Source of the DNA: a virus | Virus record (IMG/VR): IMGVR_UViG_3300045988_177667 | Location: 1 to 42,798 of that record | Strand: one strand, 5' to 3' | DNA: 42,798 nucleotides | Shown here: piece after piece, positions 26,117 through 33,648 of the stretch | Layout of the letters: each line of letters begins with the position of its first letter | How positions within the stretch are numbered: the first letter of the stretch is position 1 | The notes under the pieces: generated by a model | Seen by the model: the letters and a program-made list of their open reading frames with translations, nothing else | Told to the model about the DNA's origin: nothing | The model's database searches: none | Position numbers and translations under genes: made by a program

Positions 26117-26166
26117 GAAACATTACTGCCCCCTACCGAACAAGTGGTAGGGGGCAGTAATGTTTC
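26117..26166. terminator. Terminator hairpin between convergent operons (21-bp stem gaaacattactgccccctacc/ggtagggggcagtaatgtttc)
   Basis: Perfect inverted repeat with an 8-nt loop. The right arm contains the left half of parS copy 2, and the left arm begins with a GAAACA half-site. Confidence 0.7.
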
Positions 26167-26176
26167 ACGTGAAACA
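26161..26176. promoter_or_regulatory. parS: parS-type palindrome TGTTTCACGTGAAACA, copy 2
   Basis: Exact 16-mer that overlaps the terminator stem. Confidence 0.8.
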
Positions 26177-26183
26177 CGGGGCA

Positions 26184-26199
26184 TGTTTCACGTGAAACA
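26184..26199. promoter_or_regulatory. parS: parS-type palindrome TGTTTCACGTGAAACA, copy 3 (an 18-bp palindrome at 26183..26200)
   Basis: Exact 16-mer 23 bp centre-to-centre from copy 2. It ends 1-2 nt before the stop codon of the RuvC-like gene. Confidence 0.8.
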
Positions 26200-26200
26200 T

Positions 26201-26686
26201 TCACCGTCGCTCCACGTCGTCTCCGACGATGCGTGCGATCACACCCTTGTCGTGACGTTTAGTGACTGCCCACAGGAAAAGATGACGCCCCGCATCGCGC
26301 GCGTCGTCCGCATCGGGCTGACCTACACTGGCTCCTGTGGGCCAAAAACCAAGTAGCTTCAAAACATGGTCGGGCATGGTTGTTTTCGCCATTGCGGGAG
26401 TCTGCCAGACGATATCTCCGATCTCCCATTCCAGTACAGCGTTGATTTTTACTGGGGTGAGGTCTGCAAGAAAATTGTTGCCCGGTCGAAGATCAAACCG
26501 TTCACACACGACAATGTCTGGGGCGAATTCGTTTCGTGTGGCCAGAATGTCATAGACGCTGGCAGTCCAATGCTCATACTTGAACTGTTGAACATGAATG
26601 ATCGAGAGTTCGCGGTCGTCGTGAAAGTCTCCGACGACGATTCCTGTTGATTTGCCGGGATCAACGGCCATCACCCGCTGCATCAT
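26201..26686 (-). CDS. RuvC-like Holliday junction resolvase
   Basis: The 161-aa product has an N-terminal VMAVDPGKSTGIVVG and later acidic residues (VVCERFD, DADDARDA) typical of RuvC-fold resolvases. Confidence 0.65.
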   Translation of the reverse strand: MMQRVMAVDPGKSTGIVVGDFHDDRELSIIHVQQFKYEHWTASVYDILATRNEFAPDIVVCERFDLRPGNNFLADLTPVKINAVLEWEIGDIVWQTPAMAKTTMPDHVLKLLGFWPTGASVGQPDADDARDAGRHLFLWAVTKRHDKGVIARIVGDDVERR

Positions 26687-27744
26687 ATCTTTTCCTCTTT
26701 CCTCTTTCGTAGGCTTCGCCGCGACTTGTTCACGTTGACAATACTTTTCGTAGTGTCTGTGCGCACGCCGTCTACTTCAAGCCACAATGTGTCAGGCGCC
26801 ACCGGCTCCCCGCGACCTTTCTTCAGAGCCCACGGTGTGCCCGGTTCGCTCGGAAAAGGCAGATGTTTGTAGCACCATATTGCGCAATCCTGCGTGGAAT
26901 CAAAACGAAACTCCTCTTTCGGCACGTATCTTTTCATGTCGTAAATGCGTCGCATGAGTTTCGGGATAAGCCATTCCGGTACTTCTCTGTACATGCGAAT
27001 TGACGGGCTGCTGCACGGGCAGACCACAGTCCTACCGCCACTGAAATGCGAGACACGAAGCCACTTGTCTTCCCCGCAATTCACGCAACGCATGTGGAAA
27101 TGCTTATGACCATCTCTCATAATCTTCCATTCGGGGGATACTACTTCCCACTGCTCGAAGCGTCGCCCCACCATTTCCTGCTGCACGCCAGTCGTCGTCT
27201 TATAGGTTTTCTTGCCGTGGAGAATAAGACGATCGTGAGCTTCCCTCCTGCTCTCGGCGCGCACTACTGAAATTTCGCCGGGGCGAAATACGCCGTTCTC
27301 TGTGGCAAATTCCCAATCGAACACAACCGATGGGTTGAATTCGTTGTAGCACCATTCGATAGCCGACGACATGCCGTCGAACTCGAAATTATCTACACCG
27401 TTCCGCTCCCGCCATTTCCAAATCTTAAGACGAATATCATTGTAGGAGCGATACGGCATAAGCGTGCCATTCACCTCACAGTACTGGTTCGAGTACGGTG
27501 CGTCCGATGGACGATTCAGCACTATGTCGAGATTGCAGGGGGCGATCGGTTTAGTAATGTCGGGGCGTGTGAATCGCCACTTATTGTGCTCGGGGACTTC
27601 CAGATACTTGAAACACCATTCAATGGCGGCGTCAATCGAGGGAAATTGGAAGTTCTCGCTACTGGTGCGGTAGCTGAGCTGGGTGAGTCGGTTGGCGACT
27701 ATCCTGTACTGTTCGTATGATGGTTGCGTCATTTGCGTGTTCAT
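26683..27744 (-). CDS. Protein with three AIEWCY-type repeats and a zinc-ribbon-like Cys cluster, function unknown
   Basis: ATG at 27744 follows an intergenic hairpin and a GAGAAGAGAG Shine-Dalgarno. Three repeats are present (ENFQFPSIDAAIEWCFKYL, DNFEFDGMSSAIEWCYNEF, EEFRFDSTQDCAIWCYKHL). A Cys cluster CVNCGEDKW...VVCPCS is also present. Confidence 0.5.
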   Translation of the reverse strand: MNTQMTQPSYEQYRIVANRLTQLSYRTSSENFQFPSIDAAIEWCFKYLEVPEHNKWRFTRPDITKPIAPCNLDIVLNRPSDAPYSNQYCEVNGTLMPYRSYNDIRLKIWKWRERNGVDNFEFDGMSSAIEWCYNEFNPSVVFDWEFATENGVFRPGEISVVRAESRREAHDRLILHGKKTYKTTTGVQQEMVGRRFEQWEVVSPEWKIMRDGHKHFHMRCVNCGEDKWLRVSHFSGGRTVVCPCSSPSIRMYREVPEWLIPKLMRRIYDMKRYVPKEEFRFDSTQDCAIWCYKHLPFPSEPGTPWALKKGRGEPVAPDTLWLEVDGVRTDTTKSIVNVNKSRRSLRKRKEEKI

Positions 27745-27816
27745 CTCTCTTCTCGGTTGAATGGCGGGGGCAACATGATTGCTGCCCCCGCCATTCAAAT
27801 CATGCGACCATGTGTG

Positions 27817-28407
27817 TCAGAAAACTACCGACCACGCGTTCGAAGTATCCTTTTTGGCCTCGAAATCAATGGAAGAAATCTCAGCCCTTGGAGGCCAAAA
27901 TGCGGGCTTCGGGGCGCCATCCTCACCGAGGACTGTGACACCGTTCTCGTCCTGCTCGTATGCGGGGCGTCCGTAATCGTCAAGACGAGGCCTGGGCTTG
28001 CTCATTCGCGTCACCAATGTTGCGTGAGCGCCCTCCAGATTCTCGCACACTTGCTTCACGGTCGCGTCGATCTTCTGCGGCGAGAGAAGACTGGCCCTCT
28101 CTCTAGCATCGGCCGGCCACAGGCCTGCCGCGCTGAAATACTTCGGAATGTTGAAATGGATATAAGTCTTTCCATTCTTGTTGATGGTGAAGACAGTGCG
28201 GTCGGTGAGTGCTTTTCCGGCATCATCGTCGTCGCCGTCGATCATCCAATCGGTGACAAGCATCGGCCTGCCGCTCTTGGACGTGGTCATTTCGGATTTA
28301 GTGATGAATGCGGAATGCTTTCCGGGCTTGGGCGGCTCGAAATTGCCGCCGCCGGTAGCGACTTCCAGGGATGAGAGGTCGGTGCCGAAGTTGAAGCCAG
28401 TTGCCAT
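27817..28407 (-). CDS. DUF669-like putative ssDNA-binding/annealing accessory protein
   Basis: A 196-aa ORF. The N-terminal pattern MATGFNFG...FEPPKPGKHSAFITKSE...TSKSGRPMLVTDWMI resembles DUF669. It is adjacent to the Sak4-like ATPase. Confidence 0.5.
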   Translation of the reverse strand: MATGFNFGTDLSSLEVATGGGNFEPPKPGKHSAFITKSEMTTSKSGRPMLVTDWMIDGDDDDAGKALTDRTVFTINKNGKTYIHFNIPKYFSAAGLWPADARERASLLSPQKIDATVKQVCENLEGAHATLVTRMSKPRPRLDDYGRPAYEQDENGVTVLGEDGAPKPAFWPPRAEISSIDFEAKKDTSNAWSVVF

Positions 28408-28452
28408 AATTATTGTGCTCCTATGGGATGGGGTAAGAGAATTGCGATTGTG

Positions 28453-28566
28453 TCAGTTCTCGCCGTCGGCGGGCTTGCTGCGGAGTGCTTCCCTGATCGC
28501 GTCGGCGGCGATAGCGAGAGTCTCAGCGGAGACGCCACGGTCAGCGGTAACAGTGATCTTAGCCAT
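28453..28566 (-). CDS. Small ORF (37 aa, MAKITVTADRGVSAETLAIAADAIREALRSKPADGEN)
   Basis: It fills the gap between two genes. A GAAGAGAG Shine-Dalgarno-like run lies upstream of its ATG. It is below the ORF-track length cut-off. Confidence 0.35.
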   Translation of the reverse strand: MAKITVTADRGVSAETLAIAADAIREALRSKPADGEN

Positions 28567-28592
28567 AATAGTTTTCTCTCTTCCTGCGGTTG

Positions 28593-29345
28593 TTAGTGGC
28601 TAGTGATGTAATTGTGAATCTTGGTCATGCTCGGGTTCCCCATTGCAGGCGGGAAACCGCGCGTCTGTTGCTTTGTCACAACGTTCGGTTTGCGAGTGTA
28701 CAGGACCGGCACGGTGATCTCTTCCCCGTCCCCATTATCCACGTTCGCCCACTCCATGTAGCCGACGAAATTGAACAGGGCGGGAATGCGTTGCCCGGAC
28801 TTCTGCCCCTCAAAAGAAGGGGCAATGAAAACCTCCCCAGTAACCTCACTGCTCTCGCGTGCGGAATGCGTGATAGCAATGAATGAAATGTCGGGGGCGT
28901 CCAGGAATACGCTGATCGCCTTCAACAGGGAATCGTATACTGCCCGCCATTTCGTCCAAGTGTCATTCGACACGGCCTCATAGTGGGAGAGGATGAGTTC
29001 CTGGCACTTGTCCAACGTGTCAAACACGACAGTCTTGTAGGGGAAGTCCGCAAGATTGCGCGCAATATTGTCGCAAAGGTTGGCGCAATCAACCCACTTG
29101 TCACAATGCACGACAGTAATGTTCTGCAGATTCCCCCAATCCCGTACGGGGAGAGTGCCGGATTCGAAATCAACATACAAGACGGGCGACATGTCGTCCA
29201 CCTGTGATGCCGTGGCCGCGAGCGAAGTTTTGCCGACGCCGCTCACGCCATGAATGAGCATGTTGAAATGGTTGTTCTGCTCGGGGTTCACGACCGTCAT
29301 TCCGAGACGGGTGAGAGTATCCTCGAAAGTCATGATATGTTTCAC
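28593..29345 (-). CDS. RecA-fold AAA ATPase, Sak4-like
   Basis: A 250-aa ORF with a Walker A (HGVSGVGKTS) and a Walker B-like VVFDTLD. Confidence 0.6.
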   Translation of the reverse strand: MKHIMTFEDTLTRLGMTVVNPEQNNHFNMLIHGVSGVGKTSLAATASQVDDMSPVLYVDFESGTLPVRDWGNLQNITVVHCDKWVDCANLCDNIARNLADFPYKTVVFDTLDKCQELILSHYEAVSNDTWTKWRAVYDSLLKAISVFLDAPDISFIAITHSARESSEVTGEVFIAPSFEGQKSGQRIPALFNFVGYMEWANVDNGDGEEITVPVLYTRKPNVVTKQQTRGFPPAMGNPSMTKIHNYITSH

Positions 29346-29348
29346 CTC

Positions 29349-30098
29349 CTAACCGTTGATAGTGTAGTTTTGGAATGCTTCTGTGTGGCGCTCGTGCGAG
29401 CAGTACCAACATAGGGGAGACGATTGGAGACTGTCAACCCTACCGTCATGTGACCTTGCTCTCTTCCAAATGTTTTGGAGTCTCTCTATGGCTGCGAACG
29501 CAACGTCCTGCTGCCACGGGAAGGAGAACTCACTAATACTGTCGGGCACGATTTCTACGCTACAGTCCCTGGGGAGGGCAACAATAGAACAGTGGGCTAC
29601 CTCATGTCCGAGCTGTGTAAGGCCGTACCCGTAGAGCATGATCTGAATATAGTATTTACGGAATTGTGCACCCGCTATCGTGTCGGCGAATCGCGGTAGA
29701 CCGTTGTCCCATTTAATGCTCTTCCGGAATGCGGAAATCTTTTTCCGCGAGAGTAGTTTCCAGTCCAAGACCGTTGCCGCTGCAATATCGAAACGATCCA
29801 CACACCCAGAAATACGCCCATAGTCTTCAAGATCACATACCTCTACTCTCTGCTCCACTAGAACATTCTGTTCGTTTTTTGTGCGTGATTCTGCGAAAGC
29901 GTGAAACGCTGTGCCGAGGAATGGCGCCAACGGGGTGCCCGTATTCTTCGTATCGTGCTGGATTACGAGAAGCTTATCGGCAATGCACCGCTCACAATCG
30001 TCCCCGATCTCGCTCACGCCGATGCGCGTTTGTTTGTCGCGTTCGGTTGGGGCGAAAACATTACTGACCGCTGTTGCGGCGGCCGGGCTCAAATTCAA
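29349..30098 (-). CDS. RecB/Cas4-family PD-(D/E)XK exonuclease
   Basis: The motifs are VDRFD...LDWK (D...DxK), QIMLY (QxxxY), and Cys pairs CERC and CWYC. The likely start is TTG at 30098, after AGGAGG. The ORF is open to 30221 but would then overlap the upstream gene. Confidence 0.55.
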   Translation of the reverse strand: MNLSPAAATAVSNVFAPTERDKQTRIGVSEIGDDCERCIADKLLVIQHDTKNTGTPLAPFLGTAFHAFAESRTKNEQNVLVEQRVEVCDLEDYGRISGCVDRFDIAAATVLDWKLLSRKKISAFRKSIKWDNGLPRFADTIAGAQFRKYYIQIMLYGYGLTQLGHEVAHCSIVALPRDCSVEIVPDSISEFSFPWQQDVAFAAIERLQNIWKRARSHDGRVDSLQSSPLCWYCSHERHTEAFQNYTING

Positions 30099-30327
30099 AT
30101 TTCTCCCCCTCCTGAATTGCAGCGATGGCGGCGAGCCTGACGTCGCGGTGAACCTCAATGTCTCCGCTCGCAATGTCTTCAATGAAGAATAGCCTCGCGT
30201 CACCAGCCGGCATGATCTCATAAACCGTGCCGCCCAGCTCTTCTGCCCGCATTGCGGCCTGTTCGAGATTCGAGTAGACCCGGTAATCGCCTTTCCGAAG
30301 CGATTCCCATACTAGGTAGACACCCAT
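30061..30327 (-). CDS. Hypothetical protein
   Basis: An 88-aa ORF in the leftward operon. Confidence 0.5.
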   Translation of the reverse strand: MGVYLVWESLRKGDYRVYSNLEQAAMRAEELGGTVYEIMPAGDARLFFIEDIASGDIEVHRDVRLAAIAAIQEGEKFEFEPGRRNSGQ

Positions 30328-30372
30328 TAGTGTTTTTACTCTCTCTTCCTAAATGTTGAATGTTGGTGTGTG

Positions 30373-30591
30373 TTATTCAATGATGGTTGCTGTGAGTCCG
30401 GCCCGCTCCTCGATCGCCGTAGAAATGACAGCCGCATAGCATTGGATCCGCCAGATATTTTCTGACCGAATATTGGGCACGTGCAGTTGCATGGTTTTGA
30501 CGCCGAATTGTGTCGGCCACTTCAGAATAATGGTGCGGCCGGCGATTTCGTCAATCGTAGTGCTCTGTGTGATGCGCATAATATTTTTCAC
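30373..30591 (-). CDS. Hypothetical protein
   Basis: A 72-aa ORF that overlaps the upstream stop by 4 nt. Confidence 0.5.
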   Translation of the reverse strand: MKNIMRITQSTTIDEIAGRTIILKWPTQFGVKTMQLHVPNIRSENIWRIQCYAAVISTAIEERAGLTATIIE

Positions 30592-30881
30592 CCCTCCTCT
30601 GTGGTGAGTTCGTAAATGTCGAGGCTGTTATTGGTGGCCATGCCGCGCACAATGTTAATGTTGTCCGCCGTGACATGGATGACATTAATGTCTGAGTGTC
30701 CATCGTCCACAGGGGCAACGATCAGGAAATTCCTGCCAACCAATTCACTGTCATCGGATACGAGAATGTTTCTGATAGTGCCTGTCATGCGACGTCTTAC
30801 TAGGCGAATGGCCGAGTCGTCGTGTGTTTCTGTCTTCATGGCACATACTGTATTCGTGTGATGGTGGTGTACGCAACCCAC
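30588..30881 (-). CDS. Hypothetical protein (start uncertain; an alternative ATG lies at 30839)
   Basis: An ORF of 83-97 aa downstream of the SNF2 gene. Confidence 0.45.
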   Translation of the reverse strand: MGCVHHHHTNTVCAMKTETHDDSAIRLVRRRMTGTIRNILVSDDSELVGRNFLIVAPVDDGHSDINVIHVTADNINIVRGMATNNSLDIYELTTEEG

Positions 30882-30904
30882 TGGAGCGTGGCGTCTATCA
30901 CAGC

Positions 30905-32299
30905 TTATATGAGGCCGCTCTCACGCAGACGCTCGTACCCCGCAGCCAGCCTAGGCTCCACAGCCGTCACGTCAACAGTATTCTCACACTGCAAAAGAAA
31001 ACGATTCACTCTCTTTGTCTGCCCCTTACGATTCAACCTTGCAGACGCCTGCAAATTCAAAATCACACTATTATCCTCACTTAACCAAATCTCATTGTTG
31101 CAAACATTCTGCAAACCATCAATCCCTTCGGCGGCGGCCGCAATGACGGCACAGAGAAACCTCGGCCCATCGGGCTCCAAGAACCGTCGCCACTCATCAT
31201 GGTAGTCACTAGACAACTCAACAGTCCGATAGCCGGCGTCGGCCAATCGCTTCCGTAACGGCGTCATGAATTTACGCGAGTGACACCACAGGACAACCCT
31301 CTCGTCAGGCGGAAGATCGGACAGGATATCGAGAACAGCGTCGATCTTCGAGGATCCTCGCTCCTCGAACTCAACACTATCGCCCACGACCCTCAACGGT
31401 CCGAGAGTGATCTGCCTGAGACGCCCGTCTAGAACGGCGGCGGACGAGGCCACACTGGCCCCACCATCCATAACCGCCAAACGATGCTCCACAAACTCCC
31501 GATACATCCTCCTCTGTTCACGGAACATCCCACAGGCAACGCGTTGAACATTCACGGGAGGTAGATCACCGAAAACCTCACTCCCCCGCATTGCAGACCA
31601 ATTGTCGCCCACAGAATCGCGAAGAGCACCAGGGGCCTTTTCGCCACCATAGATCCTGGCATACGGGGACGCCGCAAAAGGATTGAACTCAGAAACAAAA
31701 AACTCATCCGCAAACCGGTAGAAACTACGGTCGACACTGTCCGGGTTCAAGAATTTAAGAACACCATAAATGTTGACGGGCTTATTACCGGCAGGCGTGC
31801 CCGACAAGCCGAGACGATACTTCGACCTCAATGCTTTCACAGCCCGGAAAGATTGAGTGCGATGATTCGCGATACGGTGAACCTCGTCCACGACCACCAT
31901 GTCGAACGATTTCCTTGAGAAAGAAACGGACGGCCACTTCCCCGTGTCCACCGCCTTTCCCAGAGAAACGAGCAGCTCAAAATTAATGACCCACCAACCA
32001 TCCTCGCCGTTCAACATGTCCTCGATGTTGGCGCGCCCCGCCTTGGTAGTGCGAGACAGCACTCTCGCCTCCTGGCCAGTGATAACCTTGATACTGGCCT
32101 GCCATGACGGAATGACGCGTTTCGGACACACAACAATAACCCGCCTGTCGGCGTTAAGTTTCTGTGTCACCCAGATGGCGCCGTAGGTTTTGCCACAGCC
32201 CGGTTCCCACGCAAGCAAGGCACCGCCACCGCATCGAATCGCACGAACGGTGCGGTTGATTTCTCTTTCCTGCGCCCCAGTGGGCCGAATGTTAATCAT
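30905..32299 (-). CDS. SNF2/DEAD-like superfamily 2 helicase
   Basis: A 464-aa ORF with motif I (EPGCGKTY), motif II (VVDEVHRI), LGLSGTP, and a C-terminal helicase domain. Confidence 0.75.
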   Translation of the reverse strand: MINIRPTGAQEREINRTVRAIRCGGGALLAWEPGCGKTYGAIWVTQKLNADRRVIVVCPKRVIPSWQASIKVITGQEARVLSRTTKAGRANIEDMLNGEDGWWVINFELLVSLGKAVDTGKWPSVSFSRKSFDMVVVDEVHRIANHRTQSFRAVKALRSKYRLGLSGTPAGNKPVNIYGVLKFLNPDSVDRSFYRFADEFFVSEFNPFAASPYARIYGGEKAPGALRDSVGDNWSAMRGSEVFGDLPPVNVQRVACGMFREQRRMYREFVEHRLAVMDGGASVASSAAVLDGRLRQITLGPLRVVGDSVEFEERGSSKIDAVLDILSDLPPDERVVLWCHSRKFMTPLRKRLADAGYRTVELSSDYHDEWRRFLEPDGPRFLCAVIAAAAEGIDGLQNVCNNEIWLSEDNSVILNLQASARLNRKGQTKRVNRFLLQCENTVDVTAVEPRLAAGYERLRESGLI

Positions 32300-32381
32300 T
32301 GAAATTCGTCCAAACGATCACTAGAAGACAAATGGCGAGCATGAACACAAGGCATGTCATCTGCTCTTTCCTTTCTGACAT

Positions 32382-32423
32382 GAGGAACCCCGTCCCGTTG
32401 ACAATGACGGGACGGGGTTCCTC
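32382..32423. terminator. Strong hairpin without a U-tract inside the leftward operon (17-bp stem gaggaaccccgtcccgt/acgggacggggttcctc)
   Basis: Perfect 17-bp inverted repeat with an 8-nt loop, between genes ending at 32431 and starting at 32299. Confidence 0.55.
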
Positions 32424-32430
32424 GTGGTGG

Positions 32431-32643
32431 TCAGTGGGCGATGACGTGACGCGCCACGGCGTCCCAGTAGGCGTCCTCGTCAACGTCCACCACATAGTAG
32501 GGAGTGCCAGTGGAGGAGAAGTACTGTCCGATCACATCATCGGCGATCGCAGCGACATCGTAGTCGTCAATCTGGTCAAGCGTGGGGATGATGTCGAACA
32601 TGATGACGTCATCCCGAGTGCTGCGACGAGCAATGGTATCCAT
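32431..32643 (-). CDS. Small acidic hypothetical protein
   Basis: ATG at 32643 is preceded by a purine-rich Shine-Dalgarno (GAAGAGAAGAGAGAAGAG). The product is 70 aa. The ORF-track version begins at a TTG at 32727. Confidence 0.45.
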   Translation of the reverse strand: MDTIARRSTRDDVIMFDIIPTLDQIDDYDVAAIADDVIGQYFSSTGTPYYVVDVDEDAYWDAVARHVIAH

Positions 32644-32748
32644 AATCTCTTCTCTCTTCTCTTCGAGTCGGTGCCACCGTTCCTCGGTGACGACTCTAAT
32701 ATAGGCAGACCGTGCACGCCTCGTCAACCCAACCGAAAGCGACTCCGA

Positions 32749-33648
32749 TCACATCTCCAGTTGGAGGAGAGACAGCGCCCTACCCACGGCCACACTCACG
32801 TCACCACCGCACTCCAGCAGCCTCATGCAATCGAAAGTCGTGTGCGCCCTCCCGTCCGCGAGCGGATCATCCGCATGATGCGAGAAGACCAGACCACTGT
32901 TCAACATCGTCACACCCGGGGCCGTATCCCCGCCACGCGTATACCGCCACCGCCACCCCACCTGCTCGTAAGGCCAACCGAACAAACCAACAAGATCATT
33001 AAACCCGTATTTTGAATTGAATTCTCCAATCACCCCACCATAGCCACCATCAGGCACAGACGACGAAGAAACATCATCATTTTTCTCCTCGTACCCGATA
33101 TTCTCCAACCATTTATCAACATTCAAGCGGGCGCCGTCAATGAGCCAATGGCGCACCCTCAACCCAAGACGATGTGATGGCAGGAAAAAAGCTCGAGACG
33201 CCTCGGCACACGACCCGTCCCACTGGGACACGGGCCCCAACACACTAAAACACGTCCTACCGATCGCTTCGCACTCTCCCGCGGTCATGCTGCGAGTGCA
33301 CGGCAAAACAACGCGGAAACGCGGAGACGGAAAGGAAGATGACGCTGTCTCCCATACAATGCCGGCGAGATTCGCAGCACGCATACGATCCCCGACAAAA
33401 TCTTTCCGCGACCCATGGTCCGCATCCAAAACAATAGCAGACCGGAACACGAAATTTCTCTTCTGCCGCCTGCCCCCCGCAAGAATGCCAGCGAAAAACG
33501 CGGGGGCGTCATTCTTCTCGCATTTCGAGGGCGCCTCACACAAGGCGGCGAAATCGGTAAGGTTTACGCTAGTGGCACGCCACCCCGTGATGGAGCGAAC
33601 ATTGCCCGCTACCATCACGGGGAAACGCGCCCCGAAAACATCACTCAC
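32749..33648 (-). CDS. Putative primase/polymerase-like replication initiation protein
   Basis: A 299-aa ORF with an acidic IVLDADHG motif. It overlaps, and so is probably coupled to, the following helicase-like gene. The assignment is weak and made from memory. Confidence 0.35.
   Translation of the reverse strand: MSDVFGARFPVMVAGNVRSITGWRATSVNLTDFAALCEAPSKCEKNDAPAFFAGILAGGRRQKRNFVFRSAIVLDADHGSRKDFVGDRMRAANLAGIVWETASSSFPSPRFRVVLPCTRSMTAGECEAIGRTCFSVLGPVSQWDGSCAEASRAFFLPSHRLGLRVRHWLIDGARLNVDKWLENIGYEEKNDDVSSSSVPDGGYGGVIGEFNSKYGFNDLVGLFGWPYEQVGWRWRYTRGGDTAPGVTMLNSGLVFSHHADDPLADGRAHTTFDCMRLLECGGDVSVAVGRALSLLQLEM

Noticed and set aside
32292-32381. A 29-aa hydrophobic micro-ORF upstream of the SNF2 gene, considered as an annotated CDS.
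   Set aside because: It has no Shine-Dalgarno and starts flush against a hairpin. It is too short to support from sequence alone, so it is kept only as a note within a finding.
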